Source: an uncultured Gammaproteobacteria bacterium (GTDB lineage Bacteria; Pseudomonadota; Gammaproteobacteria; CAWCPV01). From it: a stretch of 64,000 nucleotides of DNA. Of the stretch, positions 9,412 to 18,980 are shown in pieces (the stretch's first letter is position 1; each line of letters begins with the position of its first letter). The notes under the pieces are model-generated. The model had not been told where the DNA came from. It saw nothing but the letters and a program-made list of their open reading frames with translations, and ran no database searches. The stretch lies in the NCBI GenBank assembly GCA_963797555.1, contig CAWCPV010000007.1, positions 448,001 through 512,000 of the forward strand, given 5' to 3'. The position numbers and the translations under genes are program-made.

Positions 9412-10872
9412 TGTAGCGCCAAAGTCGTAATGTCCCCTTTGACCAAAGTCGTAATGTCCCCTTTTGGTACTCGAAGGGGGACGTATGGAAGAAGGGGTGA
9501 TCACGATGAGCCGGCGAGAGTTGGAGCGACTTGAGGTGATGCAGCGGGTGGCGGGCAGGCGGATCAAACAGGGCGATGCGGCCCGCATGCTGGGGCTATC
9601 GGTTCGGCAGGTGAAGCGCCTAGTGTGTGCGTACCGGCAGGACGGGGCAGCGGGCTTGGTGAGCAAGCGCCGGGGTCGCCGGTCCCATCAGCGCATCCCG
9701 GAGGCGGAGAAGGCGCGTTTTCTTGCCATCGTCCAGTCTCAGTACCCCGACTTCGGCCCAACGCTTGGGGCTGAGTATCTGGCCCAGGCGCACGGATTTC
9801 CCTACTCGGTGGAGACCCTGCGCGGGTGGATGTCTGAGGCCGGGCTGTGGCAACGAGGCCAAGCCAAGGCGAGCCGTCCCCATCCCCCGCGTGAGCGACG
9901 CCCTCGGCTGGGCGAGCTGATCCAGATCGAGGGCAGCCCGCACGACTGGTTCGAGGGCCGGGGGCCGCGCGTGAGCCTCATCGGCTTCATCGACGATGCC
10001 ACCAGCCGGGTGATGGCCGCCCGTTTCGTGCCAGTGGAGTCGAGCCGGGCTTACCTCAGTGTGCTCGCGGCGTATGTGCGCCGTCATGGGTGCCCGGTGG
10101 CCTTCTATAGCGCGCCGCCACTCCATCTTCACCAAACACGACCCGCAAGACCCCGAGCCCACCCAGTTCGAGCGCGCGCTGGGGAGCCTCGACATCGCCT
10201 CCATCCAGGCCCTCTCCCCGCAGGCCAAGGGGCGGGTGGAGCGGCTGTTCCAGACCCTTCAGGACCGCCTGGTCAAAGCACTGCGGATGGCACACATCCA
10301 GGACATCGACGCCGCCAACGTCTTGCTCGACACTTACCTCGAGCGGCACAACGCGCGCTTCGCCGTCGCGCCCGCACCCCCGCAGGATACCCACCGGCCC
10401 TGGAGCGGCTCGGTCGCCGAGCTCTCCCACCTCTGCTCGCTGCAGCACGCGCGCACCCTCTCCAAGAACCTGGTGGTCAGCTTCAGGGGTCAGCGTTACA
10501 TCCTCCAGACCCCGGCCCACGCCCCGCGCTATGGCCTGCGGGGACGGCGCATCACCGTATGCGAGCACCCCGACGGCACCATCGAACTGCTCAACGGCAC
10601 CGAGGTCCTGCCGTACAGAGTCTTCGATGAGCGCCGCGACGGGCCCGCCGACCGCAGCGTCGATGACAAGACGCTCAACCAACGGGTCGACCAAGCCATC
10701 GCCCGCCTCGCCCCGAAAACGCCCCGAAAGCCCCCGGCAGATCACCCTTGGCGGCGACCCTTGCACTCCCATCCCAGACCAACCGCCACCAGCAAGAACT
10801 GCCCCTAACTCTCGCCTCAAGGGGACATCTCTACTTTGCAGAAAAAGGGGACATTTCTACTTTGGGTTGACA
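9412..10872 (+). mobile_element. IS1202/ISNCY-group insertion sequence
   Basis: TGT...ACA termini. Doubled subterminal repeats (AAAGTCGTAATGTCCCC x2 on the left, GGGGACAT(C/T)TCTACTTT x2 on the right). Contains a transposase. Confidence 0.88.
9486..10808 (+). pseudogene. IS1202/ISNCY DDE transposase, frameshifted near 10110
   Basis: HTH (LSVRQVKRL), YPDFGPTL, GELIQIEGSPHDW, SPQAKGRVERLFQTLQDRL, split over two ORFs. Confidence 0.85.
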
Positions 10873-10972
10873 CGGGTTCGGGGGAGGTTCGGGGCAAGGG
10901 GACCGGTCCGCAGGGGGATTTGACTTGCCGATGGAATGACTACGTGTCGGCTCAAGGGTACGCAAGCACATC

Positions 10973-13900
10973 ATGAATGACGCTCCTCAAACCAACTTTG
11001 CAACGGACTCGCTGGAGAACCTCAGACGTCGTCTCCTCGACCTCACTGCCCGCAACCGCTTGTTGAACTTCGCCCACGGCCGCCAGGGCAACGTCCGACT
11101 CGTCGACGAGCCGCCCGACGAGCTCCACCGGATGCTGCTGTCCGAGGAGGAGCTCAGGTTCCAGGCCATCCCGGACCCAACCCGAGAACAACTGATCGAG
11201 GCCGGCTACATCGAGATGGACCCGGAGACAGGGTTGGACAGCCGTGTGAGGAAAGACCCCACGGCCGCAGAGTGGGCACGCTGGCTCGGCTATGACACGA
11301 GCTACGAGCTGCCGGTTCCGAGTGGCGACGGGGGTGCGCAGCCAAAACATCAGGACAGGGCCATCCAGACCCTGATGTTCCCCTCGGAGATGGAGGTGCG
11401 TCTGCGCGGCTTGCGCAACAAGGCGGAGACGGCCATCGAGGAAACGGGGGCGAACGTCTGTCACGTCGCCTTCGGCTTCCTGGAGTGGTTCGAGAGTCCG
11501 GACAGCGACCAGCCACGCCACGCGCCGCTCCTGCTGGTGCCGGTCCGGATCGCGAAGGGCCGGCTCAACCCGGCGAACGGCACTTACAACTACACCATCG
11601 CTTACACGGGCGAGGACATCCTCCCGAACCTCTCGCTCAAGGAGAAGCTGCGCATCGACTTCGGGCTCGCATTGCCCCATCTCGACGAGTCTACGAGCCC
11701 GGAAGACTACTTTCTCCAAGTCGCGCATCTGATCGAGGAGCCGCAGCCCAGTTGGAAGGTTCGGCGCTACGCGACCGTTGCGCTTTTCAACTTCAGCAAG
11801 CTGCTGATGTACCTCGATCTCGACCCCGCAAAGTGGCCGAGCGAAAAGCTTATTACCGATCACCCGGTCGCCAGCCGGTTCCTCACCGCCGAGAGCCAGG
11901 AAGCGGGTCCCAGTGGGTTCGACGACGAGTACGTGATCGACGACCTGCCGGACGTGCATGAGCGCTATCCTCTCGCGGAGGATGCCGACAGCTCCCAGCA
12001 CAGCGCCCTGGTTGACGCGATCGAAGGCAAGAATCTCGTCATCGAGGGACCGCCGGGCACTGGCAAGTCCCAGACCATCACCAACCTGATCGCGGCCGCT
12101 CTGGCGCAGGGCAAGCGGGTGCTGTTCGTCGCCGAGAAGCTGGCGGCGCTGGAGGTGGTCAAACGGCGCCTGGACCATGCCGGTCTCGGTGACTTCTGCC
12201 TGGAGCTGCACAGTCACAAGACGCAGAAACGCAAGGTACTGGATGACATCGCCACGCGCCTGAGCAACCAGGACAAATATCAGTGCCCCGCGCAGATCGA
12301 CGCGGATATTGCACGCTACGAGGCCCTGAAAAACGAGCTTCGCGGCTATGCAGAGCGGATCAACAGCAAGTGGAAAAACACCGCGCTGACCATCCACGAG
12401 ATCCTTATGGCAGCCAGCCGCTACCGGGAAGAGCTGGGAATCGATCCGGCCACCGTTCACGCCGAAGGGTACGGCGGGGAGATGTTCACCGGCGAGGTCC
12501 AGCGGGAGAGTCTGGACACCGTCCGCATCTTTGCGGACGTCTATCGCCAGATCGCCGTCCAGCTCGATCGGGGGGACGACCTCCAGAGCCACCCCTGGCA
12601 CGGCGTCGGCAACAGGGACCTGCAGCTCTTCGATAAAGAGCGGGTGTGCGCCGCCCTGTCCCGATGGCAAGACGCTTTGCGTCGCCTGGGTGAGATAATC
12701 GCGGCAGCCGGTTCTCTGTTCGGCGCAGAAAACGTGAGTGCGCTTCATGATCTCGACGGCATCGAGATCCTGCAGAAGGATCTCGGAGAAATCCCTGCCC
12801 TGCATGGTGACGAAGTCCTGGCGGCGCTGCCCCACCTGCGCGAGGAAAATCTCGCCGCGTTGACCCGCCATCTGCAACTCTTCCGCGAGATCCGAGAGTG
12901 CCGGCAGGTGCTGTCGGAGCGGCTGCGGCCAGAGTTCTTGGGAGACCCCGAACCGCACGGACAGTTGCGCTCCGCCTACACAGAACTGGAACAACTCGGC
13001 GTGGCGAGTGGTACCGACCTCGCGACGCTCGCCAGGCACTTCGAGCGGATCGGGCGCCTGAAAGAGCGCATTCAGGAGCTCGGCAAGCCCATGGCGGAGA
13101 TCGCCGTCCACCTCGGCCGTCCGTTTACCGACCTCATAAAGGTGAATGAGGCCGGCCTCGGGGAGTTCCGCGCACTGGTCGACTTGGTCAGCCAGCTCAG
13201 ACCCGCCCTGCTCAAGCTCCGCGACGCGTGCTTCGATGATGACGGTCTGGACGATCTGCTCGCGGAGCTGAAGAAGAGGGTCGAAGCACTGAACGCAGCC
13301 CGAGAGGAGCTTGGCCAACGCTTTGCGCTGGATCGCCTCCCTCCTCCGGAGAGTCTCGCCGAGATGCGAACGCAGCTCGCGAAGACCGGGCTATTCCGTT
13401 GGTTCGACGGGAAATGGCGCGCCTCCCGCCGCGCTCTGCTCCAGCTCTCGGCCACACCGGCGGCACGTTTCAAAGAGCTGGCAGGCCGCCTGGAACAGCT
13501 CTCCGAATACGCGAGGGACAAGCGGGCGTTGGAAGAGGACGCTCGCTTCAGCAAGACCCTCGGAACCCACTTTGCAGGCACCGAGACGCCCGTGGCGCAT
13601 CTGGCCGAACTTCGCAATTGGTGCAGGACGGTGCGGCGGCGCTACGGCGTTGGGTTCGGTCCTACGGTGGCGCTCGGTGACGCCCTGCTCGGGATGAGCA
13701 CCAACGTGGCCAGGGGAATCCAGTCCCTCAGCCAGCAGGGCATCGTCCACCGGGTCGACGACGTCCTTCGGGAGCTTGGCGAGCTGAAATCGGCGCTTGC
13801 AGGATACCCGCCGATCCAGCGACACGACGCGCCCCTGCTGGCGGCGGACGGGCCTTTGTCCAAGCTGCAAGACTTGCTTCGGCGAAACCTCGCCGTTTGC

Positions 13901-16435
13901 CAACAGCAGTTGATCGACACGAACGCGTCGCTTGCCGCCGTAAAGGCCGTCGTCAGCCGCCTGGAGGAGTTGGGATTCCTGCTGCAGACATGGCACGAGA
14001 GTGCGGTCGACCCCCAATGGTTCAACGGCCGGATCGACCTGCTTGTCGACCCCGACCAACTGGCGGACGAGACCTTGGCCGCGGCGGAGCATACGGAAGC
14101 CCTCGCGCGGGTCATCGATGAAAGGCTCAGCACCGGGATTCTGCGGGAGGCCATCTACCGAAATCCGCACAGCGCGATGTTCACGGAGCTGAGGCAGCTC
14201 GGGGAGAAGCTGGCAGCCGCGTGGCAGGCGCATGTGGAACAGCGCGCCCGGTTCGCCGAGCTCACCGAGTTGGACCTGGACGCCTGGCAGCGACGGTCGA
14301 ACGGGACGCTCGATGGACTCGAATCCCGCAATCAGGCGGCTCTGGACAGCCCGGATTGGCTGTCGAATTGGCTCGACTACGTGCGGGTTCGCCACCATGC
14401 GGAATCCATCGGCTTCGGTCGCCTGGCGGTGGCAGTGGAGCGTGGCACCGTCCGGCCGGACGACATCGACGCTGGCTACAAATTGGCGGTGCACGATCTC
14501 CTCGCCAGGGAGATTCTGAAGGAGATCCCCGGTCTTGCCCGCTTCTCCGGAAATGCACAGATCGCATTGCGGAAGCGATTCCGCGAGTACGACGAGAAGC
14601 TCAAGCACCTGCAGCGTCAGCGCATCGCCTGGCGGATCGCCCAGAACACGGTTCCCTCCGGCTCGGTCGGCGGGAAAGTCAGCGAGTACACGGAGCTCGC
14701 CCTGATCCGCCGCGAGTGCGCGAAAAAGAAACGGCACATCCCACTCCGGGAACTGGTGAGGCGTGCGGGAAACGCTCTGGCAGCCTTGAAACCGTGCTTC
14801 ATGATGGGACCGATGTCCGTCGCACAGTACCTCGCGCGTGGCCAGATCGAATTCGACCTCGTCGTCATGGACGAGGCTTCGCAGATGAAGCCGGAGGATG
14901 CGCTAGGGGCTATCGCCAGAGGCCGGCAGCTCGTGGTTGTCGGTGATCCGAACCAGCTCCCGCCCACAACCTTTTTCGACAAGGCGCGCGATGACGATGA
15001 GGAGGACTCCGCCGCAATCGCCGCGTCCGAGAGCATACTCGACAGCGCGATGCCGATGTTCGATAAGCGACGTTTGCGCTGGCACTACCGTTCGAAGCAT
15101 GAAAGCCTGATCGCCTTCTCCAATCACGCCTTTTACCACGATCTCGTTGTCTTTCCCGCTCCTTACAGCCTATCGGAAGAGTTCGGCGTGAAGTTCACGC
15201 GAGTGCCGCGCGGGCGCTTCGTCAACCGGCGAAACGTCGAGGAGGCCCGCGTGATCGCCATGGCGGTGCAGCGCCATCTCCTGAATCGTCCGGACGAGTC
15301 CCTAGGCGTAGCTGCCATGAGCGCGGAGCAGCGTGACCAGATCGACCGCGCCGTCGAAGAGCTGTCGAAGGACGATCCGCTATTCCGGGAGGCGCTGGAG
15401 CAAAACCTGCTGCTCGAAGAGCCGCTGTTCATCAAGAACCTCGAAAACGTGCAGGGCGACGAACGGGACGTCATCTTCATCTCCTGCACCTACGGTCCGG
15501 AGGAGATCGGCGGCAAGCCCGCCCAGCGCTTCGGGCCGATCAACAGCGACGTGGGTTGGCGGCGGCTCAATGTGCTGTTCACGCGGTCCAAGAAGCGGAT
15601 GCACGTTTTCAGCTCCATGGGTTCCGACGACATCGTGCTCTCGGAGCACTCGAAGCGGGGTGTGGAAACGCTCAAGAACTTCCTGTCGTTTGCCGAGACC
15701 GGCCATCTGCACCAGGCAATCTCCACCGGTAGAGCGCCCGACAGCGACTTCGAGGTGGCCGTGGCCTCCGCGCTCGGTCGGGCAGGGTTCGAGTGCGTGC
15801 CCCAGGTCGGTGTCGCCGGCTTCTTCATCGACGTTGCCGTGCGCGATCCCGGGAAGTCCGGTCGGTATCTGATGGGCATCGAATGCGATGGCGCGAGCTA
15901 CCATTCGGCCAAGTCAGTTCGCGATCGCGACCGGCTGCGGCAGACCGTGCTGAAGCGATTGGGCTGGCGCATTCGCCGCATCTGGTCCACGGACTGGTAC
16001 AGAAATCCGCAGGCCGAAATCGAGCCGATCATGCGCGAGCTGAACGCCCTGAAGACCGAGATCCCCGAGGAACAGCCTCAGGCGACCGAAACAGTCGAGG
16101 TGCGGGAAATCGTCGAAAAGGAAAAGCAGCTAGAGCTGTTCATGGATGCTGTTGTCCCGAAGGGTCTCGACGTGCGCGAGAAGCTCGTCCGCTTCGATCG
16201 CGAGGTAATCCGCAGCGAGGTTCCCGAGACACCAGAGAACCGTCGCTTGCTGCGGTCCGCCATGCTGGAGGCCCTGCTCGAGTTCATGCCGATCACGAAG
16301 AGCGAGTTCGTCGAGATGATCCCGCTTTACCTCCGCCAGGCGACAAGTAGTGAAGAGGGCAAGTACCTCGACCCAGTGCTCAGCATAATCGAACAGTCCG
16401 AAGTGGATGCTCAGAGCGTGGCCAAAACTTCTTGA
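10973..16435 (+). CDS. DUF4011 + SF1 (UPF1/DNA2-like) helicase + Vsr/MTES_1575-like endonuclease; Hhe-type anti-phage protein
   Basis: N-terminal RRLLDLTARNRLLNF (DUF4011); GPPGTGKS, DEASQ, VGDPNQLPP, HYRS, ENVQGDERD, RRLNVLFTR; then FIDVAV..GIECDGASYHS..RDRLRQ..GWRIRRIWSTDW. Confidence 0.9.
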   Translation: MNDAPQTNFATDSLENLRRRLLDLTARNRLLNFAHGRQGNVRLVDEPPDELHRMLLSEEELRFQAIPDPTREQLIEAGYIEMDPETGLDSRVRKDPTAAEWARWLGYDTSYELPVPSGDGGAQPKHQDRAIQTLMFPSEMEVRLRGLRNKAETAIEETGANVCHVAFGFLEWFESPDSDQPRHAPLLLVPVRIAKGRLNPANGTYNYTIAYTGEDILPNLSLKEKLRIDFGLALPHLDESTSPEDYFLQVAHLIEEPQPSWKVRRYATVALFNFSKLLMYLDLDPAKWPSEKLITDHPVASRFLTAESQEAGPSGFDDEYVIDDLPDVHERYPLAEDADSSQHSALVDAIEGKNLVIEGPPGTGKSQTITNLIAAALAQGKRVLFVAEKLAALEVVKRRLDHAGLGDFCLELHSHKTQKRKVLDDIATRLSNQDKYQCPAQIDADIARYEALKNELRGYAERINSKWKNTALTIHEILMAASRYREELGIDPATVHAEGYGGEMFTGEVQRESLDTVRIFADVYRQIAVQLDRGDDLQSHPWHGVGNRDLQLFDKERVCAALSRWQDALRRLGEIIAAAGSLFGAENVSALHDLDGIEILQKDLGEIPALHGDEVLAALPHLREENLAALTRHLQLFREIRECRQVLSERLRPEFLGDPEPHGQLRSAYTELEQLGVASGTDLATLARHFERIGRLKERIQELGKPMAEIAVHLGRPFTDLIKVNEAGLGEFRALVDLVSQLRPALLKLRDACFDDDGLDDLLAELKKRVEALNAAREELGQRFALDRLPPPESLAEMRTQLAKTGLFRWFDGKWRASRRALLQLSATPAARFKELAGRLEQLSEYARDKRALEEDARFSKTLGTHFAGTETPVAHLAELRNWCRTVRRRYGVGFGPTVALGDALLGMSTNVARGIQSLSQQGIVHRVDDVLRELGELKSALAGYPPIQRHDAPLLAADGPLSKLQDLLRRNLAVCQQQLIDTNASLAAVKAVVSRLEELGFLLQTWHESAVDPQWFNGRIDLLVDPDQLADETLAAAEHTEALARVIDERLSTGILREAIYRNPHSAMFTELRQLGEKLAAAWQAHVEQRARFAELTELDLDAWQRRSNGTLDGLESRNQAALDSPDWLSNWLDYVRVRHHAESIGFGRLAVAVERGTVRPDDIDAGYKLAVHDLLAREILKEIPGLARFSGNAQIALRKRFREYDEKLKHLQRQRIAWRIAQNTVPSGSVGGKVSEYTELALIRRECAKKKRHIPLRELVRRAGNALAALKPCFMMGPMSVAQYLARGQIEFDLVVMDEASQMKPEDALGAIARGRQLVVVGDPNQLPPTTFFDKARDDDEEDSAAIAASESILDSAMPMFDKRRLRWHYRSKHESLIAFSNHAFYHDLVVFPAPYSLSEEFGVKFTRVPRGRFVNRRNVEEARVIAMAVQRHLLNRPDESLGVAAMSAEQRDQIDRAVEELSKDDPLFREALEQNLLLEEPLFIKNLENVQGDERDVIFISCTYGPEEIGGKPAQRFGPINSDVGWRRLNVLFTRSKKRMHVFSSMGSDDIVLSEHSKRGVETLKNFLSFAETGHLHQAISTGRAPDSDFEVAVASALGRAGFECVPQVGVAGFFIDVAVRDPGKSGRYLMGIECDGASYHSAKSVRDRDRLRQTVLKRLGWRIRRIWSTDWYRNPQAEIEPIMRELNALKTEIPEEQPQATETVEVREIVEKEKQLELFMDAVVPKGLDVREKLVRFDREVIRSEVPETPENRRLLRSAMLEALLEFMPITKSEFVEMIPLYLRQATSSEEGKYLDPVLSIIEQSEVDAQSVAKTS

Positions 16436-16588
16436 CCACACAACGCATGAACTACCGGCCGTAACTCGTGACGGCCCGGCCGTCACTCGTAACACGGCTA
16501 CCGGATGCCAGACGGGGATAGGGTTTCGGTCCGGGACGGTGGCCCCTAGCTGGATCCGTACAGGTCAGGCGCGTCTTGCTCTCCCCGT

Positions 16589-16680
16589 TATGCACGGCAC
16601 ATGGACTACCTTCACTTCAACCCGGTCAAACATGGTCATGGGGCGGCCGTCGCGCACTGGTCGTATTCGACGTTTCATCC
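16589..16680 (+). pseudogene. Remnant of a REP-associated tyrosine transposase (RAYT) C-terminus
   Basis: Translates [17 protein letters not shown]...HWSYSTFH, matching the DYIHxNPVKHG...WPYSS motif. Confidence 0.75.
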
Positions 16681-17109
16681 TAAAAAACGCAGTTGCCCTT
16701 CGCAATTGAGCTGAAAGTCTTACGTGGCGCGGCTTCCAGCGCGAAACGCTATCTGCGGAGCAGTTGGAACAGTTCTTGATAAATCCGATACATACAGTCC
16801 AACTGCCGTTTTTAGGTTCATCGGTTGGTGAGACAGGGTGTTTTATCCACGCTCCTGGGGCGGCGAAGGCGCGGCCGACGTTGCCGCCGGCGAGCGGGGT
16901 TGAGGCCATGCGGCGGAACGCCCGCAAGGGGCTTCCGCCCCACGCGGGCTTGACCGCTCTGGGCAGCTTCTGCTATCAATTACTGGATGGGAATTACAGG
17001 ACGGCAAAGACTCGGGAGCCGTCCACGCGGCAGACATCCGGCCCGCGAGCCCGATGCGCAGCGGCCGAAACCGACGGCGGCCATCATACAATAGCTATTA
17101 GGAGGCAAT

Positions 17110-17349
17110 ATGAATCTTGTTGTGCTGGTCACTGATGCCCCAAAATCGAATACGGAAATAGACCGTCTTGACAAACTTGCCGCAATGCTTTCTCCGCTTC
17201 CAAATGGCGTTTTCCAAGCCGCTCGATATGTATGGCTAGTAGACGCGGAAGTTGCAATAGGGTTTGTCGTATCAGCAGCAAGAAGTGCAGCGCAGGCTGA
17301 CCTAGAGATTCGGGCTTATTCCGGTATTCTCAAACAGAACGCTCAGTAG
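17110..17349 (+). CDS. Small hypothetical protein (79 aa), AT-richer than host, cassette-like
   Basis: AGGAGG RBS before ATG and plausible amino-acid composition. Confidence 0.6.
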   Translation: MNLVVLVTDAPKSNTEIDRLDKLAAMLSPLPNGVFQAARYVWLVDAEVAIGFVVSAARSAAQADLEIRAYSGILKQNAQ

Positions 17350-17439
17350 CAACCCATTCTTGGTTGTTCAGGATATTCTTTTGAAAACCATACCTCATAC
17401 CGTTATCTTCCATCCGGAGGTCCGGAGGGATACACCTGA

Positions 17440-17542
17440 CCCCAACGACCCAAGTTGCTTGCAGCCGAGGCCCGCTCGCACCGGCCTCTGTATCAACCTC
17501 AGCGCTCTGTGGGTGGGCGCGGCTTTGAGCTGGGCGTTCGCC
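17440..17542 (+). other. attC-like integron recombination site
   Basis: Imperfect palindrome CCCCAAC...GCAGCCGAGGCCCGCT...GGGCGCGGCTTTGAGCTGGGC ending in core site GTTCGCC, 11 nt before a start codon. Confidence 0.6.
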
Positions 17543-17553
17543 GAAAAAATGGC

Positions 17554-18354
17554 ATGAGCGATAGGATGCAGTCACTAGCCAAGCAATGCGAGACCCTTCT
17601 TGAGTCGGTGCTCGGACTCGCGCTCCACTTGCTTGAGACCCTCCGGTTCGACAGACGGAACCCGCAGCAACTTTACGCCGTATGCCTGTTCTCAAGACTA
17701 CTTGAACTCGCGTTTGGATGCAAAGCGATGTTGGAAAAGCAAGCTCTCATGGGTGTTCCCGTGCTGCTGCGCAGCATGTTTGAGGCCGACATCGACTTGA
17801 CGAATCTCATGAGGTACCAAGATTACTCGAAGCGGATGTACGCGTCGTTTCTGGAACAGAAACTTCGCCTCACGAAAGAGGCCGCGTCATCACGCCCCAA
17901 CCCATTCTTTGCGGATATTCGGAAACACCGTACGCCGAAGGAGGATTTGGCGCAGACGCAGCGCGAAGTGGACAAACTCAGGAGCGAGAAGACCGGCCCA
18001 ATTCAGATTCGATGTCGCGCGGAACTCGCTGGTAAGTTAGATGAGTATCTCTCCGTGTATAACACGCTCTGCCTTGACACCCACAACAACATCCGCTCGC
18101 TTGAGGACTGGCATCTCGATGAGACCAGCGCGGGTGAATACCGAGTTGTCGCGTTCAAGATGACTAAGGCGGACCTGCTCCATTACCTTAGCGCCATCCC
18201 GGCAATGCTGCTTGCGCAGAGCAAGGCACTGGCCGACTTCTTTGGGACGGAGGGTATCGAATTCGGTCGCTACTTCGACAAGCTGAAGGCGATGCAGGCT
18301 GACCTCAAGGTGCATGCGGAAGAGGCGGCGAATCGGACAGCCGGGGGTGTCTAG
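17554..18354 (+). CDS. DUF5677-like (HEPN-related) protein carried as a gene cassette
   Basis: LLRSMFEA and YNTLCLDTHNN motifs. Bounded by GTTCGCC and the complementary GGCGAA. Confidence 0.7.
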   Translation: MSDRMQSLAKQCETLLESVLGLALHLLETLRFDRRNPQQLYAVCLFSRLLELAFGCKAMLEKQALMGVPVLLRSMFEADIDLTNLMRYQDYSKRMYASFLEQKLRLTKEAASSRPNPFFADIRKHRTPKEDLAQTQREVDKLRSEKTGPIQIRCRAELAGKLDEYLSVYNTLCLDTHNNIRSLEDWHLDETSAGEYRVVAFKMTKADLLHYLSAIPAMLLAQSKALADFFGTEGIEFGRYFDKLKAMQADLKVHAEEAANRTAGGV

Positions 18355-18390
18355 CCCCCAGCCACCACCACGGCATGCGGGTCCGCACCG
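18332..18390 (-). ncRNA. Group IIC intron 3' remnant (part of domain V plus domain VI)
   Basis: Minus strand GGTGCGGACCCGCATGCCGTGGTGGTGGCTGGGGGCTAGACACCCCCGGCTGTCCGAT, ending in the typical ...CCGAT terminus. Confidence 0.75.
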
Positions 18391-18707
18391 CACCAGGGCG
18401 AGGCGAAGGCACGCGGCCTTTCAACACGCCGAATGGCTAGGATGCCTCCAGTCCATGGCGCCACCCTCTGCGCCTGACAGTAGTGGGGACTGGGAAGGGC
18501 CAACGTCGCTTGGGTTGGGGCGTCCTTAGACGGCCGGCGAGAGGCCCCTTGACCGCTCGGGGCGCTTCTGCTACACGTCGCTCCAGAGGACACCACGACA
18601 GGACTTGGGGAGCGGACCATGCGCCGGCAATGCAGCCTGCGAGCCCGACTCAGAGTGACCCGAACGCCGGAGCCCGAAGCTCCATCGCCGTAGGAAGGTG
18701 TACAACC

Positions 18708-18941
18708 GTGGCTTCACGTTGGCATTGGAGACCGCTATGTTGGTATTGCGGAAAACCTGTAAGCGGAATGGCTACACAATGTCCCCATTGTGGCCATGGG
18801 CTCGCACCCAAGAAGCGCAAGATGAAACCTTGGCAGGTGATATTCACGGTCGTCTGCGTCGCTATTGTTCTAATCTACCCTCAAGCATTGATAGCGGCAC
18901 CATTTGCTCTCCTGATATGGGCAATAATTGAGTATGGGTGA
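18708..18941 (+). CDS. Small zinc-ribbon membrane protein
   Basis: CWYCG-x8-CPHCG followed by a basic patch and two hydrophobic segments. AGGAAGG precedes the GTG. Confidence 0.65.
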   Translation: MASRWHWRPLCWYCGKPVSGMATQCPHCGHGLAPKKRKMKPWQVIFTVVCVAIVLIYPQALIAAPFALLIWAIIEYG

Positions 18942-18980
18942 AGGTGAAAAGGCAGAAATATGTTCTTAAGCAGGAAAAGG

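Noticed and set aside
10867-10900. IS-end TTGACA as a hybrid promoter for the helicase
   Set aside because: There is no plausible -10 hexamer 16-18 nt downstream (GC-rich).
10952-13318. 788-aa minus-strand ORF, and similar long antisense ORFs at 6087-8159, 38577-40079 and 40147-41856
   Set aside because: These are shadow frames of well-supported genes in high-GC DNA and carry no motifs.
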